Assembly: GCF_002113885.1 (NCBI RefSeq)
Contig: NW_018404289.1
Coordinates: forward strand, 241,750-305,749
Length of the DNA stretch: 64,000 bases
Reading direction: 5' to 3'
Source of the DNA: Mizuhopecten yessoensis
Taxonomy: Eukaryota
Below, piece after piece: positions 42,095-54,832 of the stretch. A program made the translations under genes and the position numbers. Positions within the stretch are counted from its first letter, which is position 1. Every line of letters begins with the position of its first letter. The notes beneath the pieces are model-generated. The model saw nothing but the letters and a program-made list of their open reading frames with translations. It was not told where the DNA came from and made no database searches.

Positions 42095-45000
42095 ATGTCC
42101 ACTCTAAGTGTATTCGTGGGGAGAGAAAGGGAAATAGCGGATATTGTATCTAATTGGCATACAAACAACACATTTTTAGTTTATGGACTACGATCTATAG
42201 GGAAATCAACATTGATTAGAAAATATCTGTCAGTTCTGAAATCGGACACACCAGAACTTACGTTTACCTGGATTGATATGAGATCAATAAAACACCTTCG
42301 CCAGGTGTACATATCTCTGATCGGGTCTCTGTCGTCTTCGGATATTCACATGGAAATCGACTGGATGAACGGAATCGTAGAGTTGATAAAGACAAATGTG
42401 TGTAGCGATCATGTCATCATATTTGATAACGCCGAAGATACCATTGAAGATGGGCGGTGTACTGAATTTCAAAATTTGTGCCAAGTTTGTATCTCCAGTT
42501 CAGAAAAAGTGAAAGTGATCGTTACATCTACAACTGAAATTGGGTTTAAGGACAGTACGTTCTCTTTGACTTTATCTCCTCTATCGACGGAGAGTTCTGC
42601 TGAACTGTTACAAACATGTGCTCCCTCTGTAAACTTTGGAGCCAGCTTGGCGAGCATTGTCGATCTGTGTGGAGGCTTTCCTCTGGCTGTACTGATGACG
42701 GCGTCTATTTTAGAAGACAGAGATACTCTTTTTACACCAAGTGATATGGTCGACTTACTTCAGCTATATCGTCTTAAAGTCCTCAGTCAGGACGTCTATC
42801 AGCGGCAGGAGAGAATAGGTATCTTTGCTCTTTATCCAATGAGTTGCTCTTGCTTCTTGCTTTTTCAAAAATATGCATATTTTTTGTCATTTAAAGTAAA
42901 ATCTGCAGCATGAGATCAACCTATTAAAGATACTATTAGATTTTTAAATGTTATACGTATTGCAGATGTCTGCACAATAACGCCACAATTTCGTGTCAGT
43001 TTAAAATCCATACAGTGATCACATTATATAACGGTTTTAAGTAACAATAAACCAGGATGTTTCTAACTAATTCGCTTATGATATTAAAACTTTATAATTG
43101 GTGGAATACACAAATAGTATGGTAAACAGTTGCGTTTCTATCTTATGCACAGATTATATGATAAACCATGACGATTTTAACTAATAAACATGATTAATCA
43201 GGACATTTATTAGTAATACACAGCTAAACAAAACAAAAAAACCCAAATGATTTTTCTTAGTAAAACAAATCTAGAACGATAAACCATGGCTTTGTAATAC
43301 ACGGATAATGTATTACACAGAACGTTAAAATGTAGTATGACACACCATATCGTTTTAATAGACAAATAGATAAAACATGACATGTTTTACTGGTAATACT
43401 CTGAAACAGGATAACTCAACAATTCAAATTAAAATTAACAACACTTTAATAAATCAACAAAAAAAGTTCCATCACAACAACTGCCTTGGCAAACCGGAAA
43501 AAATACAACCGTGATTACAATAGGTTGCCGGTATTAAGGTACAAAAACAGTACACTCAGTTTACATAGAACCCGTATGTTAGGTAATAACCGCGGGAAAA
43601 CCCAGCGCGGTAAATTCAAATGCTCTTATTTCTGTTTCACACAAAACCATCTTATAAATCCTGTCATACCTTGACACAAAGATAGCACGGAGAACCGTAA
43701 CGTTTCAAACTGATAAACAGAAAGTATGATAAAAAGCCTTTTTATTTGATACAAAGTTTTTATTCTGTTTGTTAAAAATAAAATATCATAAATCTTGAAG
43801 TTTCTAACTAGTTCGAAGATTTTTTTTATTATTGACTTACTGTATGACATGCAACATTTGGTGTTACCTAATTTTGCGGTTTACGTTTATAAATCATTCC
43901 GTTGATACGACTTTTCGCGTGTGGCCGTACACGTTTACATGAGATTTATAAGTTGTACATATTTTCACTTAATTCAATCGTAAGTGCGACAGCCGAGAAT
44001 ATCAGTCCATGGAAACAGGTACATATACTACAATGTGTTACAGTGGAATGTATTTTATTTTCATTTTTGGCAAAATGTTTGGTAAGGTAAAAAAGTGGCA
44101 TGGTCAATCGATTTGCTGTATAAAATATACTGAACAAAAAAAGAAACGGTTTATATTGTAGTTGATGAAATAATAAACATATCCTGATTATGGATTTTTT
44201 TGAAAAATGTATTCATGTTTATGTTATAGTATGTGTTCTGAATGCTAACTACACACATTGATTGTTCCTAGCAATTGTGTACGGAGAATTCCTAAAGAGA
44301 CTGAGCGGGATCCTCACAGGAAGGCTATCCATTATCTGCTATATCCCTGGATCATTCACGATAGAACAAGTAACGGAGATGATCGGTAAATATCAGATAA
44401 ATATAAAAATCAATAATAACAATGCCTGTACATACTTGATACAATGCTTATACAATCTATACTCTGTTTATGATCGCCATCCGATTGATCTCGTTACCAG
44501 GTTGTTATGCTGTAGCATCGCATTGGAGGAATTAGAGATCATCTATATGCATTTGGTTACTTTTCTCGATCCGTACCACACGTATGCGCTCATTACACAT
44601 TTAATTATTTCTTAGAAATAAATATTATGTGTATACAAAGTTTCTGATAATTGCCCAAAATTTTGTGACGTCACAATATCTATCAGTTGATGGTGATGTC
44701 GCAAGATATGTGGGATTTGAGGCTGCTGGAGTAAAAATGCGCTCACAGGACCATCCATACTTATTTATTGCAAATATATCGTTAGTTTAGATATACATGT
44801 ATGAGTAATGTAATATCTCCAAAGGTTAATTAACAATAATCTTTCAACCAATTATTAGCTATAATGATATACGAAACGCTGTAAGTAAACACATTCTTGT
44901 ACTTTTTGTACCTATATGTAATATACTATGTCAACACTGAAAGTAACATATAAAACAGGTAACTTGTCTTACTTTTTTTTGCATTTAATTTGTTTTCACA

Positions 45001-48000
45001 GTAAGCACAAATGTGTCGTAATTATGACTTTATGTAATTATTTGTAACTATCAATGAGGTACAAAAACTGATAAACAGTATGGACACTATACAAATACTT
45101 GAAAAATAAACTGTAAACAATTAACATACACAAACCATGATCAAAATGCAAGTAATTAACACTAAAGGTATACAGGCATCTGACAGAGTAATGAACAGTA
45201 TGTTAATTGTGAAGAATATGCAAACCCTATAACAATATGCTTGCGCTTTGAATATAGTTAAATGAACAATTTTAATCCAAACGTATTTACTAGGACACAA
45301 AACAGACGGAGAAACAAAGAGGTTGACCCTTGACCCGGTGATGCGTCATCACGTGGTACACTATGACCAATCCACACGTCGTTACGATGTGCATGGGTTG
45401 CTCCGAGACTGCATAGAAATGTTTGAGGACACCAGACATCTCCCAGGTAAGTTTACTGATGACGAAAAATAGTAAGCAATATCGACCTTATGTCTAAATT
45501 ACTGTGCTAATATTTTTGTCAAGCAAGCGCTAAACCGGACTGCAAGACTGCCGTGCGAAAAAGGAAAACAAAACTATGTAAGCTTTGTATTGTTATGATG
45601 TAATTTTAGACAGGTGTCTTTCATACAGGTTTCCAAGTAAACAAATATTTTAATAGCTGGTCGTATATACTTCATGGTATTTCCACGTTGTATGGTTACA
45701 AAACTGTTTCCTGTAGCCTGTTAGTAGTTTCCTGTTGATTATTTATTCAAGCGTCAGCAGATTTCTAAGACAAGTGTCTAACACTGAATAAGATTTGGGG
45801 TTCCGTTTTTTTCAAACTGTCTTTTAGGAATATGAGTTTTTTTGTATAAATTATATCAATATGGAAATTTTTGATCACGGAACACGCACTTTATTTTCAT
45901 CTTCGCGCAGGCTGTTGCTTATGTAACAAGGTCGAAAGGTCTTTAGCCGTACAATTTGCTAGAGATATCCGATTAGGGATTGTGTGTGGTTTTTTTTTTA
46001 CTTTTATGAAGCTTGAAATATATCTATTTAAGTATAAACATTTATGTTACATTTCAAACCACTACCAGATATTTTATACTTGTATGTGTTAAAAATCCAT
46101 CTTAAAATTTAAGTTGAGACAGAAAAACTTGGGTAAAATAAATAACAAAATTATTTTCCAATTTTGCAATGTTAAATTCCAAGGTATATATAGTATTTCG
46201 TAACCACATACTATATATCCTCATGTTTCGACAAGCGCTACCGTAAATCATTCAGAAATGTGTCTAATTTCAGAAACAAGGAAGCGGTTTTGTAAGGTGT
46301 TCGCACGGCTTATGAACGCCATCAGTGAGAAGGTAGATTCTTCCGAGTACCTGGAGGGACTGTGTCTGTACAACTTAGAACGTCAGAACTTCCAGAAACT
46401 TCTTACTGACGTCATGTATACCACTGAGGATACATACGGGCTCTACATGGAACTGGCCCTCAAGGNGGGGGGGGGGGGGGGGGGGGATCAAGCTGTCTTT
46501 CTTTTGGCGATTAATCCCTCGGCTCTGTTTGAAGTCTGCTTCCACAATGAGAAGTATACTAACGAATTTGTAACATAATTTCCAAATTCATATAGTAATT
46601 TCAATTTTACACAAACGTTCTTTTAAAATATATTATAATTTATACACGTTTGGCATATCCGTTGAATTCATATTTTAATCATTCATACCTTATAAGTCAT
46701 TACTATCTCCCTCGAAACACATTTGCGAAGACTAATAAATGTGGCTCCTTCTATTCGCTCGGGCGTCTCCGCATTCTGGGCAACAGCTCAAAAACCATTT
46801 CATATACATTATCTCTTCAAACCTTGCATACACAGCAGGCTAGTGCCCTAGTTGCATTGTTTGATATTATTCAATTGCTATTTTCAAAATCTTTTCTGTT
46901 ACAATGGAAACAAATTGTCAAAAATAATTACAAAATTCAGAGTGTCGGAGCTTTCCCGGGCAACAAGTTTAATTACATCTAACATGTGTCTAAAAGAGAG
47001 AGTGTACGCGTACCGGACTAGTGCCCGAGGTCTTTCCTCTGACCATATAAACACAGTCAAAACTTCAAATTCAGTGTTTCAAAGCATTTCCGGATATCTA
47101 CTGTCAAACTGTTCCATATATCCTTATCAAGTTGGTAAACCTAAAAGTCTAGTGCTCCCAAAAATGAAAATGATTTACGAACCTTTCCTCAAATCTCGTC
47201 TAAACTGGAAACACCTGTAAGATCCTGTACAATCTCACCGACTGTGACTAAGATTGCGCTGTACACTTACGCAATTGAAGAACTGGTCGTGTTTTTCTTT
47301 ACATTTCCAGTCGATATATTTAGAAATAAGTAAGTGTATATTCTTTGCTTGAGTAAGTGATTCATGAAAGCTCGTTTTATAGAATTCATATATAATGGAA
47401 ACATGATTTAAATCTATAAATATACACAAGTATAATGTGATGTCGGGCATCATTGGATGATATGTGTATATGTCCACTAATCAATCGTGAAACTTTACAT
47501 GTAGGTGGGTGTTTTAGCTTCCTTCCTCATCTCCATTTTAAGAGGTTGTTTCCGTGGACCGAGTGCTTGTATAACACTTATAACATTGCCTTGTAATGGA
47601 GATCCTATTTCGACCTCTTGCCTATGACGATAAAAATATAGTAATACTCGTCTTCCTCCTTTATAGATACGGGTGTGCAGTTTTACCAGGACCTGATGGC
47701 GTTATGTCGGAATAACAAAAACCTTGTGGACGAAGCTTGTGTCCGGATCCAGTTCGGGAGCATGCTCACAAATGTCAAGGTCTTTTTTGTCTTTCATGTT
47801 AGATCTACAGAATATACACACACATATAACGTTGCCCAACAAATGCGGATTGGTCGCCATTTTCAGTCGCGTGCCGGTGTATATGAACGATATTTTCCGC
47901 TCCTATTCCATAGGTGTTACACTTTTCATTTATTATACTTCTATTTTAAATTATATATAATGAATATCAAACTGCATTGTCACTTTAATGATGTAAATCG

Positions 48001-50435
48001 TGCAGAACTTGAACAAATGAACAGTCCACGGTTATAGGTGGCTGATCAACATGTCAACATTGATTGATGAGGTTCAGAATTGTTTCAACTTACAGTCGAT
48101 ATGTTTATACAATCTTTATTACTTGAATCAAACTAGCAAAACAAAAAGTATAAACTTCATTTATTTCACAACAATTATGAAACAAGTTATTTCAACTTAT
48201 ATTATTCACTCTTGTTGACCCGGATGTTAGCGCGTGGGGGTCTTAGTATGGGAGGAAACCGGAGTACCCGGAGAAACCCCACGTGGTCGGGCAGACCGCC
48301 TTGGTGAAAGGCAAGTGCGCTATCCACTGCACAACCCGACCACCCTGAAAAACAAAACAATTTAAAAGTTGATCAGAGATTTTGTTTTTAGGGAACAACA
48401 TCGCTAGCCGAAAAAAACTATTTCATCGCTTTAGACGTTTTGAATGAAGTCTCCCAGAGCAGCCCATCAGGACAAACAGGTGATAAAGTCGTACGTAGGT
48501 CATTGGCGTTGGTCTATCAGAGGATCGGATGGAACGTAGGCAGTCAGGGACGATGGCAGGAAGCCCTGGTGTAAGTTTTATCTAATTAAAGGTTTAAAGT
48601 TCAAAAAAATAATTAAAGTACCAAAATTTCACAGTGTCAAAATAGAAAGACATAACAGTGAACTATAAAAAAAAGAATATTGTATTGGAGTCATTTTTCC
48701 CCGAATATGACAACGTTTTATTGCATTAAATTTGATATTTTCCTGCTCGAAGATTTACTTTTATTACTTGTTTGTATATATGGGGTCGGCTAACCCTTTC
48801 TTTATATTGTGTGAAGGTACCTGGACAAAGCTTTCCACCTGGAGCAGGAATTACATATGTATTACGAGGAACTTGCCATATCAACTATTCAATCTTTATC
48901 TGTATTTAACACCTTTCTGGGTGAGTAAAGTAGCAATATAAATATAACAAAATCGGAACAGTACCCAAATCGAATTGATCACTTTTTTCAAAAATACTTT
49001 TAAATCAGCAGGTGTCAGCAGTTCAAATAGTACAATGATATACAGACAAGCATCAATTTTGGCTACAGATGATTACATTTTAGTTCTTACATCAGAAGAC
49101 TATTTCAAACGCAAAAATGAAGTTTTGTAAGAGGGCTTTGTATGCTGTTGGGACTGTAGGAATAAATTCAGCCTATAGAAATACTTGAATTCACATAAAT
49201 GCCAAAGTTCATCATAAAATGTTGAAATGCTGAAAAAAAGTTCATTTAAAGCGTAAGATATTGCAGAATTCAAGTCATGATCCGATTTTGATACTGTCAT
49301 TTGCAAACACCGAAAAAATGCTAATTGGTGAGTCAAAGTGTTCTATAAAAGTATCCAATACCCGTCGATATTTTTCTTATGATGCAACCGTAAATGAATA
49401 TAATAAATCATTTTAATTTTTAATGAATGAATAAAAACGATGGTTTGGTGATACGGTTTGGGTACTGTCACTTTAGATAATGATGTATATTTGTTATTTC
49501 GATTAAATGTTGAAGGAATTAAATCCTGTCTTTATTAATGTTCGGTATCGAAACATTTAACGCTGTAACATGAAAAAAATACATCCATTTTTATTCTCAT
49601 CTTATTATGCATAGGCTATTTTTAAAACATCTTTACAGGTAATCTGGAACTTGGATTGAAATTTAACAAGGAAGCATTTAGAAGAAGAACTGCCTTTTAT
49701 GGGACGGAGGAACATCCAAATGTGGCGACACTTGTCAACAACCTAGGGCTCATCTATCGTAGACTAGGTCAGAAGGACACGTGTCTGGAGTGCTTTATGA
49801 ACGGATTACGTCTGAAGCGTAAAACAAAGGCTACAGCTAAGTCTATTGCAATATCCTTGGAGAACGTAGCACTGGCTTTTACTGACAAAGGCGACCACGA
49901 CCAGGCACTCAATTATTTAAAAGAAGCATATGATTTGCTAGATAAGACTCCAAATCTTTACAGGGACAATAGGGCATATGCGTATTCCATTGAAAGTGAG
50001 GTTTTACAAAAACAAGCCCGACACGCTGAAGCCATATCAAGACTTAAAAAAGCAGTGAACATCATTGTTCGTGAGGCCCCTGATGAAATCTTTACAAGCA
50101 AACTGTATTTTGAAATAGCGAATTCCTATTTCGCACTGGAGAACTACCCAAAAGCTATAGCTTTTTGTAACAATGTGTTCAATTCAAAACATGTACTTCT
50201 AAGGGAGGCTCCGACATGTGACCGTCTGTTCCAGTCTTGCAAGACCGCCATACATTGTCATACCAAACTAGGAGACGACATAAACAGACGGAAATGGTAC
50301 GATGAAGCAACAAGGGAGGCAACTCGCCTCATACAAATCTTCAGGAGTTACGGAAAAGACGAAAAAGTTTCAATAATTACGAACGAACTTCGGTCACTTC
50401 AGAAGCGATTTGAAAGTGACGTAGAAAGTAACTAA
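42095..50435 (+). CDS. Gene 2: STAND (NB-ARC-like) NTPase - winged helix - TPR protein, ~801 aa; join(42095..42818,44272..44385,45294..45446,46274..>46465[gap],47667..47779,48392..48570,48817..48920,49639..50435)
   Basis: Same exon phases as gene 1, with equal lengths for exons 2, 5 and 7 (114, 113, 104 nt). Motifs: FVGRE, GLRSIGKS, VIIFDNAE, VIVTSTT, CGGFPLAV, RYDVHGLLR, HPNVATLVNNLGLIY. Exon 4 is cut by N + poly-G at 46466; the length assumes a 222-nt exon 4 as in gene 3. In-frame TGA at 42071 upstream of the ATG. AATAAA at 50531. Confidence 0.82.
46466..46486. other. Assembly gap (single N) followed by 20 G
   Basis: Literal n at 46466 followed by a G run; it truncates gene 2 exon 4. Confidence 0.9.
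48205..48345 (-). mobile_element. tRNA-derived SINE with V-domain-type core, in intron 5 of gene 2
   Basis: Reverse complement has a tRNA-like head (GTGCAGTGGATAGCGCAC) and GGTTTCTCCGGGTACTCCGGTTTCCTCCCA, matching the V-SINE core. Confidence 0.75.
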
Positions 50436-51995
50436 ACTGACGCCAGTGACAGATTGTTCATTTATAATGAAACATCTACTCTTACCTAGGAAAAGCATCT
50501 GAAGACCTTATTTGATGCATGTTTGTGTCAAATAAAGAAAATTATTTCTACCACAATCACTACAGATTTCCTTTCACACGATTCATTGGATAAACCTCGC
50601 TAGACATGATTTCATTGGTTAATCGTTTAATTGTTACGTCATGTAGCAATGCTTTGCGACTTCATCTATCTTCTATTGTGACGTCATGACTCATGGCGAT
50701 TGTTTTCCCATCGGAAACAGACAGGGAACCTTTGATTTTCCAGATAAGAAATGGGCGTAATTTGGAAAGAAAGAAGTAGGGTGAAACTTCGTAGTGAAAA
50801 ATAAGGTACGATGAAACATCAGAAATATAAGGGGAAACAAATTTAGGAAGAAATGTTGGAAAGACAGATGTAAGATGAAATACTGTTAATGAGAAGTATG
50901 GAGTATGCAAGACCACCCACGTGAGGAAAAAATATTGTACGGGAAGATGAATACTGGGCAGCTTAACCCATACATATACCTTTGGCATTATGAGAAAAAA
51001 AAAAATAATCGGAAAAGCCTACTCGAGTTAGATAAATTTAGGTCTGAGAATGACATTTTAGTGTGAGTTGTATTTGTAGAGATATTTATGTATGTAAAGA
51101 ATATAAGCCGAAAACTGTCTATTCTGTAAAATATTGGACAGTCTGAGGCTTATATCTTACTAAAACACACACCCTCTTTGTGTTAATATTGGACAATTTC
51201 AATATCTGTTCAGTATGTGCAATCAACCACGAAGGCTATTGATACAATAAAGGATAGTGGTGTCCTTTAGCATACTTTGCATGCTTTTGTACAAGTGCAT
51301 GCATTACAGGTATGTGAAATATGCCCGAGTAGAATTTAGTTTCATTTGAATAATGTCATCCAACATTGAAGGTGCGTTCCCAACACAGTCCCTGTGCAGT
51401 ACATTTTGAGCATCAGCATTCAGTATTGAAATGGATTAAATTCAAATAATGTGATTGATTTATTGAAGAAAGTGATTACAGTATATTTCTGGGATTATAT
51501 ATGTGAGAGAATGAAATGAAAGAAATAAACCACACAATTAAAGTGAGAAAATTCAAGATTTTAACACCACCTCCAAAATATTTTCATCAAAGATATATCA
51601 CAGCTATATATCTGGGATTATACACGGATATCTCAAGAAAGAATGAAATTTTGTGCACATAAATTGTGGAAAAAACGCAAGATTTCAACTGCCCTCAACT
51701 CCAAAGTGTTATTTCCAAAATTACAAATTCAAATGAAATTACAATTAATGCTGGAAATGTGTTTCTTAGTAAAGTGTTTGGATAGGTATGCATCTATATG
51801 GATGTTTCATGGAAAAAAAGTGTTCCGTGATTCAAACCTTCTTTCAAGGAAAAAATATAGCGCATGGGAAATCTGACTATGGGAATATAAATACCGGATA
51901 TACTTTTCACATTTATTTTGTTACTATGTTTTCCATTGTATAGCATAAGTATGTGCTCATTCAAAAGCTTACCATGATCTGTCCAATATGTTACA

Positions 51996-52089
51996 TGTAG
52001 CCGTCCAATGAGTTACCTGTAGCTGTCCAATAAATGGATTCTTTTGTGTACTTATTGGACAGCTACAGGTAACTTATTGGACTGCTACA
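51996..52089. other. Inverted repeat / hairpin, 38-bp arms (36/38 paired), 18-nt loop
   Basis: 51996-52033 pairs with 52052-52089; the arms are built from a ~22-bp subunit. Confidence 0.85.
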
Positions 52090-53808
52090 GATGATGCCTA
52101 TGAATTCTGTTGATCATAGTACGCAAATAACAATGGATGACATCACAGCTGTGTTTTAATGCCAGTTGTTATTGTAAACACTTGTACATTAATTAAGTAA
52201 TTTAGAAACAAATGTCAAAATGGACATATTTGTATACTGTATTTGACGTGAGCATTGTAGTAAATCAATTATATAATTATATTCAAATATTGAAAATTGT
52301 TCTTGAGTGGTACAGCTTCCGCTTTATGCCTACCACTAAGTAGAAAACGATAATGCTAGACAATAGGATCCAAGGTCTTTATACACTTAGATCAGTTTTC
52401 GACATGATATCTTCTTTATCGTCTTTTGCCTTTTTCGGAGTAGAAAAAAGTAAATGAATGCATTTCTTCAGTTTGCTATTAGGTATGGTAGTGTATGGAA
52501 TAGAAAAGTCAAATGATCTGACATCAGAAATTTGAGAGAAAAAAATCCAGATGGTTCAACATACCTTTTGAGTTTTTAAAAAATCCTCATTCTATCAATT
52601 TAATTATTTAAATTGTATTAAGAAAGGTTGCAAGCTGTTAATAGCGATAAAACATGTTAGTAGGGAATCTCGTGAAATGTCGCATTGCCATACATCCGAA
52701 AGAGGTCCGTATAATCATTATTTAACAAGCATTTAGAGTGAGCAATGCAGAAGCGTTGGAAATTTGAAAAAAATAATGATCTTGAAAATCAAAATATTGA
52801 AAAATGATTTTGTAGGATTTCATTTGTTTTCAAGCAAGATAAATAACCACATACCTATCACTATCAGGGTAAATAATTGAGCTTGTTTTGGTTTTATTTG
52901 GAATGCAAGCTACTAACTATCGGAATGCTTAGATTTCCATAAAATCAATTCTACATAGTTGCATAACCATTATAAAAAAGTTTCAACGAGTTTTGAAAGT
53001 TAATTTCAAAAGTGTGGAGTCTCCTTAAGAATTTGAATGTGAATTTGACTACATACTGGAATTGATTGGAGTTATTTGTACCAGAATAACATCAACATGT
53101 CTCAACAGTGCCGAGTAGTATTATGGAATGTTCCTATAAATGTTTACAATAAGGGGTATTGGTATGGTGTTCAATTGTCTTGAAAGTTTTCAAACAAAAC
53201 GTTTATAATGTAAAGTGTTAAAGTAGAATGTCCCACCTTCCTTTCTATTGTATACAGGCATTGACAAGTTAGTCCTGTTAGTGCTGTTGTTGTTTTCTCT
53301 ATATCCGTACAAAGACAACCATAGACTGCAAGCCTTTTCAGGGAGCGAAAACATTTTAAATTATTCGCAATTAGGATGTAGAAAGTATCATGAAAGATAT
53401 TTCATGACCAGAGGTGCAGCTGATAAAATCCAGCTTGATAACTAAGAGGTGGAGGTATCCTTGTGGTGGAGATGTTTTGGTGTAAGGGAAGTTATCATAT
53501 AAGTATTCCTTTAGTGTATAACTCTTTGCTGTAGTTAAAGGACAATCATCTGCAAGTCAGGAAATCGCTGAAAAAATAGGAACTTTTCTTCGTAGGAACA
53601 CAGATCGCTGAAAATCTCTGTCTTAATGAAGTAACAATGGAAATGAATCATTATGATTTTGTAATAAACATATCACTGAAATACATTGAAAGTTGAATAT
53701 TTATCAAAATTGTGAGCAAAAATTAAAAAACCCATTATAATAGAAATAGATTAATATAAAAGACTTTATGTTTATTAATGAAGCTACAACAATAGGAGAA
53801 AGGTGAAA

Positions 53809-53986
53809 TAATAAACAAACATGTGTTACCAAATAAACAAACATGTGTTAGCAAATAAACAAACATGTGTTACCAAATAAACAAACATGTGTTACCAAAT
53901 AAACAAACATGTGTTAGCAAATAAACAAACATGTGTTACCAAATAAACAAACATGTGTTAGCAAAATAAACAAACATGTGTTAACA
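53809..53986. repeat. 22-bp minisatellite AAATAAACAAACATGTGTTACC (~8 copies)
   Basis: Direct reading. Confidence 0.9.
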
Positions 53987-54832
53987 AAATTTATATTTCC
54001 CATAAGAATCTCTATATGCCGATAAAAATGGCAAATAATTATGATAATTGTTCGAAAACTTCGGTATTTGGTAGAGAAATATACAAAGAGTTTGCGGAAA
54101 AGACATTGCGAATCGCTCCAAATAATGAATGCGAGACTAAGTGAGACAAACATAGGCCAAAACATTTAAATCTAGCTACCTCCTCATTGTTGCTTGAATA
54201 AAATCTATTATTTATGTTTTGCCCATAAAATTGTAAAATAACACGCGAATTCGTTTAAAAGATTTAACTTTTTCCTAAATACTTCCGCAACAAGATGAAG
54301 AGTGTGATTTTTAACCAATATAAGTGTATAAGGAAGTGTTCAATGTATTGTTAGCTTTACTCAGAACTCTGGGTCTGGTTCTCGTCACTCGTTGTTATAT
54401 GTTTCGTATTGTTTAATGCAACGTTAATGCAAATATGTTATCAAACTAACAAAGCTAAGACAAACTGAACTCAAACAGATAGGGTTTAGATTTTTAACGC
54501 TTCAATAGTCTTGGTTTACATTGACAATACTTCATACGGATTGGTCGAATCATGTGTTCATAAATTTATCGTACCCTTGACATGTGAAAAAAATAAGTCA
54601 ACTACAGCATAGAATTTCACAAAAAGCTATTACGAGGACAATTGAGCAAGAGTCTTACGTCATTAATGTACGTATACAATTTAAATGTTATTGGCAGCAT
54701 GCTTTGCACTGTCCTATGGTGACTGTGTGACGCTCAGTACACACCAGAAGGCTACCTTTAGAATATAGCAGTGTAAATGTGCCGGCAGAACAGAACTATA
54801 CAAATATTAGAAGTCACCCTGTGTCTGAAGTC

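Noticed and set aside
46466-46578. Poly-Gly insertion or G-quadruplex in gene 2
   Set aside because: Starts at an N; this is a gap-edge sequence, not a reliable coding tract.
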